Shown here: positions 22,199 through 27,560 of the stretch, piece after piece
Numbering within the stretch: position 1 is the stretch's first letter
Layout: the number at the start of each line of letters is the position of its first letter
From: a virus
Taxonomy: Duplodnaviria > Caudoviricetes
DNA: 27,560 bases
Reading direction: 5' to 3' (one strand)
IMG/VR virus record: IMGVR_UViG_3300017754_002232
Location: 1-27,560 of that record
The notes under the pieces: generated by a model
What the model was told of the DNA's origin: nothing
Seen by the model: only the letters and a program-made list of their open reading frames with translations
The model's database searches: none
Position numbers and translations under genes: made by a program

Positions 22199-24657
22199 GG
22201 CTTCGCGCCCTCGGCTGCAATGTCCTTCACTTTCTTGCCTTTCTTGGGGGCTTCGATTCCAGCGCCGACCTCGAGCATCTTGCTGATCTCCTGCTGTGCG
22301 GCACGTTTTGCCATCGCTTCGCGGCCAGCGCCGACCAGCGGGCCAACCACGGGTACGGCCTGCTCGACCGCGCCTACCGCCTTACCGACGCCTGCGCGCA
22401 GCAGCGCCGTCGCCGTGCTTGAGGTGCCCACAAACGACCCGGTGCGCTGCTGCTGCGTGTACCGCGCCACATTGCCCAGCGTGCGCAACTGGTTGGCCTG
22501 CTCGGCTTCCATCAGGTCAAGCAGACGAGGTTCCAGCGTCTGAAGCGCCTTGTTGTAGCCCGCCTGCGAGAAATTGCCTTCAGCCTCGCCGACGATGCCG
22601 GCCTTGCCGCGCAGCCAGTTGATGGTGCCGGCCGCCATGACCTGATGCGCATCCGAGCCGCGCCCGAACTGCTGCACCATCTGCTCGATGTTGGCTTTCT
22701 TACCCGAGATCACGAACTTGTTGACGAAATCATCGGCGGCCACCTTGTCGTTCACGGCGGCCTTGTATGCCGGATCACGCTCCAGCATCTGGAACCGATC
22801 TTTCGCCGCTGCTCGAGCCTGATCGGCCAGCGCCTTCAGACGCACCGCATCAGCGCCCTTCATCGGCAGATTCTCGAGCGATTGCCGCACCAGCGACGCC
22901 GCCATCTCAGCGTTACCGTCGCCGGCGCGCTCGGCCTTGCGGATCTCCGAGGCTAGGTTCGTGCGCAGCGCCTCAAACTGCTCAAACGTCATCGGCTCGC
23001 CCTCGCGGAACCGATCCATCTGCCGCCGAATTGAGGCCGGCAGAAACTCGGACTTGAGCTTCTTCCCGAGCAATCTGTCGGCATCTACGACGAACGCCTT
23101 GCCATCTACCGGGAACCTCCCGCCAGCCGCATCCTCAAGCTGCTTGTACAGCCCGCGAATTTGCAGGTTGCGTGCATCGTCCAGCGACTTGTAAGCGTTG
23201 ATGAGGTACTGACCGTTCTCCACGACGTTCGTGCCGTAGACGTTCGGTGCGGCGGCGTCGCGGATGGCGACCAGATTCTGCTGCAGCGCATCATTCTGCG
23301 ACTTTAGCCGATACGCGATGGCCTCGCCGCCGGGCTGGCCGCGCTTGTTGAACTCGTCGGAAATCTTGACGATATCGCCCGTGGCCTGACCTTCCGTGAG
23401 ACGCACCGGAATCGGCAGGCTGTCGGCCTCAAGGTGCCGGTCTAGCGCCTGCTGGTTGATCCGACCGCCACGGGCGCGCACCGTTTCCAGCGTGGTGCGC
23501 AGCTCGGGCGTCGCCATCGCAATCGCCGCATCCAGCGTTGCACCCCGTGTGGCGGCGGCGGCCCCCACGGACCCGAACGGCGCAGGCTGACCCGTGACGC
23601 CGGCAGCGCCAGCCACGGCAGCCGGTGCCGCCATGCCGCCGGCAGCGGCCGGAACACCAGCAGTTGCAGGCACCGCAGGGGCGCCCATCTGCTGCGCTCG
23701 AGCCACGCGCTCGGCAACCGTCGGCACGGTCTGCGCCGCAATAGTCTGCTCGGGCGTCAGGATCGTGGCGCCGCCCGGCAGCACAGCACCAGGCGCAGCA
23801 GGTGTAACCGGCGCACCGGGCGGCACAGCAGCAGGCCGCGCTCCTCGAGCGGCAATCGCGCCGCGCGCCGGGATCGCGCCAGCCGCTAGGTTCAGCGGGT
23901 TCAGCATGATCTCAGCTGCCGTCGCGGCCGCAGGCGACCCGGTGCCACCAAGCGTTGCCAGCCCGATCTGCTGAGCCGGCACATTCAGGGTTTCCATGCC
24001 GCGCCCGATGGCTTCGGCAGCACGCTGGCCCTCGGGAATCATGCCTTGGGTCAGTCGGCCCATGATCGCGCTCTGCGTGGCCTCCACGGCCTGCGCCGCC
24101 TGCTCCGGGCTGCCCGTCGTGGCAAGTTTGTACAGGCCAGCCAAGCCAGCCGGGACCGACGCAGCCACGCCGCCCACCATCGTGCCAGCGGCCTCAACCC
24201 CGCCGAACAGCCGGCGGGCGAGGTTCATGACGTTCGACGGCGCCCGAGATTCGACGCTGGGCACTGCTGCCTGCTCGGCAGGCGTTGGCCGTGCCGGCAT
24301 CGGAGCGCCCGTCATGCGGGCGATTTCGCGTTCGGCCTCCAGAATGTCGGTCTGCACGCGCCGGTGCGTCGGCGTGTTCGGCTTGGTGTCGGCCAGGCGC
24401 TCGCGCATGCGGCTAACCACATCGCGGAGCTCGGCAAGGCCCTGTTCTTGGGGCGGTGCCAGCGTCGGGGCGGGCCGACCGGCGGGTGCTGGTGCGGCAG
24501 GCTGGCGCCCGAGAATCAGCGCGCCGAGCTCGTCCATCGGCGAGGCCGCCGCAGGAGCAGACGCCGCAGGCGCAGCAGCAGTTGCGGCCCGAGGTGCAGG
24601 TGCCGGTGCGCGGGCCGGCTGCTGGCCGAGAATCAGCGCGCCCAGTTCGTCGTTCAC
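22195..24657 (-). CDS. Large DNA ejection protein (P22 gp16-like position)
   Basis: 820 aa, Ala/Gly-rich hydrophobic patches followed by a helical charged domain; third gene of the ejection trio; assignment by synteny and composition. Confidence 0.7.
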   Translation of the reverse strand: MNDELGALILGQQPARAPAPAPRAATAAAPAASAPAAASPMDELGALILGRQPAAPAPAGRPAPTLAPPQEQGLAELRDVVSRMRERLADTKPNTPTHRRVQTDILEAEREIARMTGAPMPARPTPAEQAAVPSVESRAPSNVMNLARRLFGGVEAAGTMVGGVAASVPAGLAGLYKLATTGSPEQAAQAVEATQSAIMGRLTQGMIPEGQRAAEAIGRGMETLNVPAQQIGLATLGGTGSPAAATAAEIMLNPLNLAAGAIPARGAIAARGARPAAVPPGAPVTPAAPGAVLPGGATILTPEQTIAAQTVPTVAERVARAQQMGAPAVPATAGVPAAAGGMAAPAAVAGAAGVTGQPAPFGSVGAAAATRGATLDAAIAMATPELRTTLETVRARGGRINQQALDRHLEADSLPIPVRLTEGQATGDIVKISDEFNKRGQPGGEAIAYRLKSQNDALQQNLVAIRDAAAPNVYGTNVVENGQYLINAYKSLDDARNLQIRGLYKQLEDAAGGRFPVDGKAFVVDADRLLGKKLKSEFLPASIRRQMDRFREGEPMTFEQFEALRTNLASEIRKAERAGDGNAEMAASLVRQSLENLPMKGADAVRLKALADQARAAAKDRFQMLERDPAYKAAVNDKVAADDFVNKFVISGKKANIEQMVQQFGRGSDAHQVMAAGTINWLRGKAGIVGEAEGNFSQAGYNKALQTLEPRLLDLMEAEQANQLRTLGNVARYTQQQRTGSFVGTSSTATALLRAGVGKAVGAVEQAVPVVGPLVGAGREAMAKRAAQQEISKMLEVGAGIEAPKKGKKVKDIAAEGAKP

Positions 24658-26075
24658 TGCACCGACCCCGTTTGCACCAGGCGCTGCAGGCGCTGGTATC
24701 GGTCGAAGTATTCCTGCCGGCGTTTCGGATCGCTGCCGAACAGCTTGTCAATCTGTTCCTTGCGCGCCTTCGAGTCGGTCACATCACGCATGATGTTCAT
24801 GGCCTCGAAGATACGCGAGTCAGCATTTGCGGTCCACGCCTGCTGAAACGCCTTGAGGTTGTTGTCGCCGAACCGCTGGGCGAACTTCTGCGCAGCCTGC
24901 GCCTCAAGGTCCATCTTGGTGATGTCCGCAGCCGTGCGCCGCGCGATGGCAATGAGCACCTGCGGCGGGTAAGTTTCGTCACCGTTGGCAACCGCCATGA
25001 GCTGTTTGCCGGCGTCCGTCTGCATGCTGCCACCGCTGGCCTGCAGCATGCTGATCTGGATGTTGGCGAGGTCTTTGCTCAGTTCCTTGTAGCGGGGGTC
25101 GCCGATGAATGAGCGAAACTTGCGTTCCAGATCGCCCGCGAATCCACTCTGAAAAATGTTGGTGTCGGTCATGTCGCCAGCCTTTTTCAGCACTTCCTCA
25201 ATGTTTCGCCTCGAGGTCACCAGCGTAGGCTGCACCGCCACCAAGCCGCTGCGGTACTTGATGCCCGCTTCGGTGTCGGCCTGCTCGCTCGGTACCATCG
25301 CAAACGGCACGCCGGCCTGACGGACGGGATACGGCAGCACCATGCCGGTCGGTGCAGCCGCCCCAGGAGCGCCAGCAGGAGGCGCAGCCATCGGCGCGGG
25401 CGCTCCCGGCATCTGCACCGGCTGCACCTGAGTGGTGCCAAGCGCGCCGGAAATGACCGCAGCCGGCTGACCGCCGAACTGCGTGGTAAGCGCGGGAGTC
25501 TGCAGCGGCAGTTGCCCAGCGGTGCCCACGCCTTGCCGCACGGCGGCTTGCAGCATGGTCGACAGCTGCCCCGGCTGGGCCTGCGCCATCGTGAAAAACG
25601 GCGAGATGCTGCGCAGTGCCTCGGCTCGAGTCAGACCGCGCGCCTCAAGCGCATCGAATGCCTCGGTCAGCGCGCCGATCTGATCTTCGGGCGTCTTCGG
25701 ATTCACGATGCGCGGATCAACCGCAAACGCGCCCGCGATGTTCAGCGCAGCGGTGCGCTTGTCGCCGCTGAGCGCGAACCGCGCCTGCTGCTCCTGCGTC
25801 TGTGCGGTTCCGGTCTGCGCGACCTGCTGAGCGATTCGCGGCTGCTCGGTGGCTTCAGCCACGCGGGTCGTCACCTCCTGTTGGCGCTGCAACAGCGGGT
25901 TCACGGCCTGCGCCTGTTGAACCTGCAGCCGCTGGGCCTCGAGCAGCAGCGGGTTCATCTGCCCCGCCTGCTGGAACTGCTGGTATCCCGACGCGAGGTT
26001 CAGCATCTCGCCCAGCGTCATCGGGCGCACGGGCTGAATCTGCGTGGCAACGGGAGTCATGCTGAGGTCGGCCAT
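24654..26075 (-). CDS. DNA ejection protein (P22 gp20-like position)
   Basis: 473 aa, Gln/Ala-rich helical protein between gp7-like and gp16-like genes. Confidence 0.7.
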   Translation of the reverse strand: MADLSMTPVATQIQPVRPMTLGEMLNLASGYQQFQQAGQMNPLLLEAQRLQVQQAQAVNPLLQRQQEVTTRVAEATEQPRIAQQVAQTGTAQTQEQQARFALSGDKRTAALNIAGAFAVDPRIVNPKTPEDQIGALTEAFDALEARGLTRAEALRSISPFFTMAQAQPGQLSTMLQAAVRQGVGTAGQLPLQTPALTTQFGGQPAAVISGALGTTQVQPVQMPGAPAPMAAPPAGAPGAAAPTGMVLPYPVRQAGVPFAMVPSEQADTEAGIKYRSGLVAVQPTLVTSRRNIEEVLKKAGDMTDTNIFQSGFAGDLERKFRSFIGDPRYKELSKDLANIQISMLQASGGSMQTDAGKQLMAVANGDETYPPQVLIAIARRTAADITKMDLEAQAAQKFAQRFGDNNLKAFQQAWTANADSRIFEAMNIMRDVTDSKARKEQIDKLFGSDPKRRQEYFDRYQRLQRLVQTGSVQ

Positions 26076-26076
26076 G

Positions 26077-26976
26077 TTAGACCTTTCCGTAATCCACCGC
26101 CAAGAACCCTCCCGCCATCTCGATCACGGCGTCAGGGTACACCTCGCGCACTTCCTGTGCCATCAGGCCGAGCCGGCGCGGGCCGCCCCAGACGTACTCA
26201 AACTCGTAGACGCCCAGACCATCGGGGCGCGTGCCCACGCGGGTGATGTTGGTCTTCAGTCGGATATCGGACGGCCCGATTTGCTCAACCGGAATCGGCA
26301 CCGCCGTCTCAACGGGCGCCATCGCTCCAGGCTGAGGCCGCATCAGGTTATACATGAACCCGAGATTCCCGATGCCCTGCAACCCGCCCGCCATCGCGTT
26401 CGCCGCGCCGATCTGCCCGCCGGCCAGTGCCGTGCCGGCACCGATGCCCAGCTGCGACAGCGCGCCAGCCGTGCCCATGCCGACCTGACCAGACGCCTGC
26501 GTGGCGGTCTGTCCAAGTCCAGCGATGCCCGCCAGCGTGTTATATATGCTCTCCCGCTGCTTCAGGTACGCCGGCAACGCCTGGCCCATCGTGTAGTCAA
26601 TGGCAAATTTCTGACGGGCGCGGTCCACGTTGCTGCCGCCGCCGCCGACATTCATGGCCTGACCGACAGCGCCCAAGCCCTGCTGCATGCCGAACTGATA
26701 CCCCGGCATGTTCTGGATGTCCTGCGCCGTCACCGGGCTTGTCAGCATCGGCAGCAGATCGCGGATACGGCTCAGCGCGCCGCCTTCGCCTGCGGCGAGT
26801 TCTCGGTACGGAGCCTGCTGCGCGTTGAGGATGTCAAACATTTCGCGCTGCTGGCGCATGGCTTCAGACGCGGAGCCGGCCTGCGTGCGAGCTGCCGAAC
26901 GCGCCGCGCTGGCTTGCATGCCAGATCCGAGCGCCGTTGCTGCGGCACTGGCAAGCAGTGCGGTTTCGATGCCCAT
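26077..26976 (-). CDS. DNA pilot/transfer protein (P22 gp7-like) with C-terminal peptidase S74 chaperone domain
   Basis: Hydrophobic Ala/Gly N-terminus, QQREMFD...APY...G, PGYQF, Gly-rich C-half; ends with SDIRLKTNI...VYEFEY...GLMAQEV...PDAV...VDYGKV. Confidence 0.85.
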   Translation of the reverse strand: MGIETALLASAAATALGSGMQASAARSAARTQAGSASEAMRQQREMFDILNAQQAPYRELAAGEGGALSRIRDLLPMLTSPVTAQDIQNMPGYQFGMQQGLGAVGQAMNVGGGGSNVDRARQKFAIDYTMGQALPAYLKQRESIYNTLAGIAGLGQTATQASGQVGMGTAGALSQLGIGAGTALAGGQIGAANAMAGGLQGIGNLGFMYNLMRPQPGAMAPVETAVPIPVEQIGPSDIRLKTNITRVGTRPDGLGVYEFEYVWGGPRRLGLMAQEVREVYPDAVIEMAGGFLAVDYGKV

Positions 26977-26977
26977 A

Positions 26978-27340
26978 TCAATGCCCCTTCACAAACTCGC
27001 CCGAGTCGAGCTGCACGAATCCCAGCCGTCGCAGAATGTCGTGCATGTAATACTCATGCCCGGGCGTCACGCGCGTGCGCGTGGTCGTATTGCCGAACAG
27101 CTGCCGCAGCAGCCCTTTCGTCGCCCACCGGCAACGCCAGCCTGGCAAGATGCTCAGGTGCAGCTCGTCACCACGCCGGAACACGGCGCCAATCGTTTCA
27201 TTGTCTCGCACCAAGGCCTGCACTTGCCAGCCCTCCATGCACATACGGAACGTCGCCTCTTCCATCGGCACATGCCAATCCGTAGCCTCATAGCCCACGC
27301 GCAGCGCGGCCTGACGGTCATCGGTGATGTGCGTGGTCAT
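26978..27340 (-). CDS. GNAT-like protein (P22 gp14-like position)
   Basis: ELHLSILP..R.RW and LRRLGF motifs; immediately upstream of the gp7-like gene. Confidence 0.6.
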   Translation of the reverse strand: MTTHITDDRQAALRVGYEATDWHVPMEEATFRMCMEGWQVQALVRDNETIGAVFRRGDELHLSILPGWRCRWATKGLLRQLFGNTTTRTRVTPGHEYYMHDILRRLGFVQLDSGEFVKGH

Positions 27341-27343
27341 GGT

Positions 27344-27559
27344 TCAGCGGTTCAGCGCCTCAATCACGCCCCACGCCACCCAGCCAGGCGCAGCGGTTGC
27401 AACGGCGTCCAGCAGTTCGGGCTGGCCCTCTTTGCGAATCGCTTGGTTGGCCTCGTACAGCAGGCCGAACACGGTGGTGTGGTAGGCCAGGAACGGCCCG
27501 ACGCCCCACATCAGGAGCACCCAGTAGCTCGTCGCGGCAGCGAAAAGCCACACGACGCC
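27344..27559 (-). CDS. Membrane protein, probably 5'-truncated
   Basis: Frame open to the window edge; hydrophobic Trp-rich helices with a YE..Q...EG...DAVAT segment. Confidence 0.55.
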   Translation of the reverse strand, partial: GVVWLFAAATSYWVLLMWGVGPFLAYHTTVFGLLYEANQAIRKEGQPELLDAVATAAPGWVAWGVIEALNR

Positions 27560-27560
27560 C

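Larger units (their letters stand above)
1..27560. mobile_element. P22-like podovirus genome segment (phage or prophage; both ends truncated)
   Basis: Terminase-portal-scaffold-P22 coat module, gp7/gp20/gp16-like ejection genes, holin-lysozyme, Red-like recombination pair and primase-helicase; no host housekeeping genes in the window. Confidence 0.96.

Noticed and set aside
20865-27293. Plus-strand ORFs over lysis and ejection genes (e.g. 26044-27285)
   Set aside because: Shadow frames with Arg/Ala/Pro-rich composition and no recognisable motifs
1-27560. CRISPR array, tRNA, rRNA, intron/intein or stop-codon reassignment
   Set aside because: No regularly spaced repeats or cloverleaf seen by eye in the short intergenic gaps; core genes are uninterrupted and of normal length; TAA, TAG and TGA all end genes

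Overview
The whole window is a GC-rich P22-like podovirus genome segment; the host is plausibly a betaproteobacterium, but that is inference from composition and gene families. Left arm (minus strand): head and packaging module (small and large terminase, portal, scaffold, P22-type coat, a small post-coat protein, a truncated GT-A glycosyltransferase), preceded by eight small genes (ferritin-like protein, hypothetical, 4-Cys/AT-hook protein, GroES-like protein, a paralog of the post-coat protein, DUF6321-like protein, two Lys-rich peptides). Middle (minus strand): Cro-like HTH, SNF2-like helicase, amino-methyltransferase, VRR-NUC nuclease, SSB-like protein and a TOPRIM primase-SF3 helicase with a probable iteron origin directly downstream. 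A divergent promoter region near 15.6-15.75 kb drives a plus-strand early operon with a YqaJ exonuclease, a RecT-like annealase and many small genes. Right arm (minus strand): gp14/gp7/gp20/gp16-like ejection genes, a membrane protein, holin and GH24 lysozyme. No integrase, CI repressor, tRNA, rRNA or CRISPR array was seen; tail genes probably lie outside the window. Most striking: (1) two paralogs bracketing the head module share 47/54 C-terminal residues while their DNA is heavily recoded (31 of 45 non-Trp conserved codons differ, longest exact match 11 nt); (2) the pre-terminase metal/chaperone/basic-peptide cassette; (3) a glycosyltransferase beside a Ser/Thr-rich coat; (4) an S74 self-cleaving chaperone domain on the DNA pilot protein. 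All family assignments are by eye from motifs and synteny; no database searches were run.
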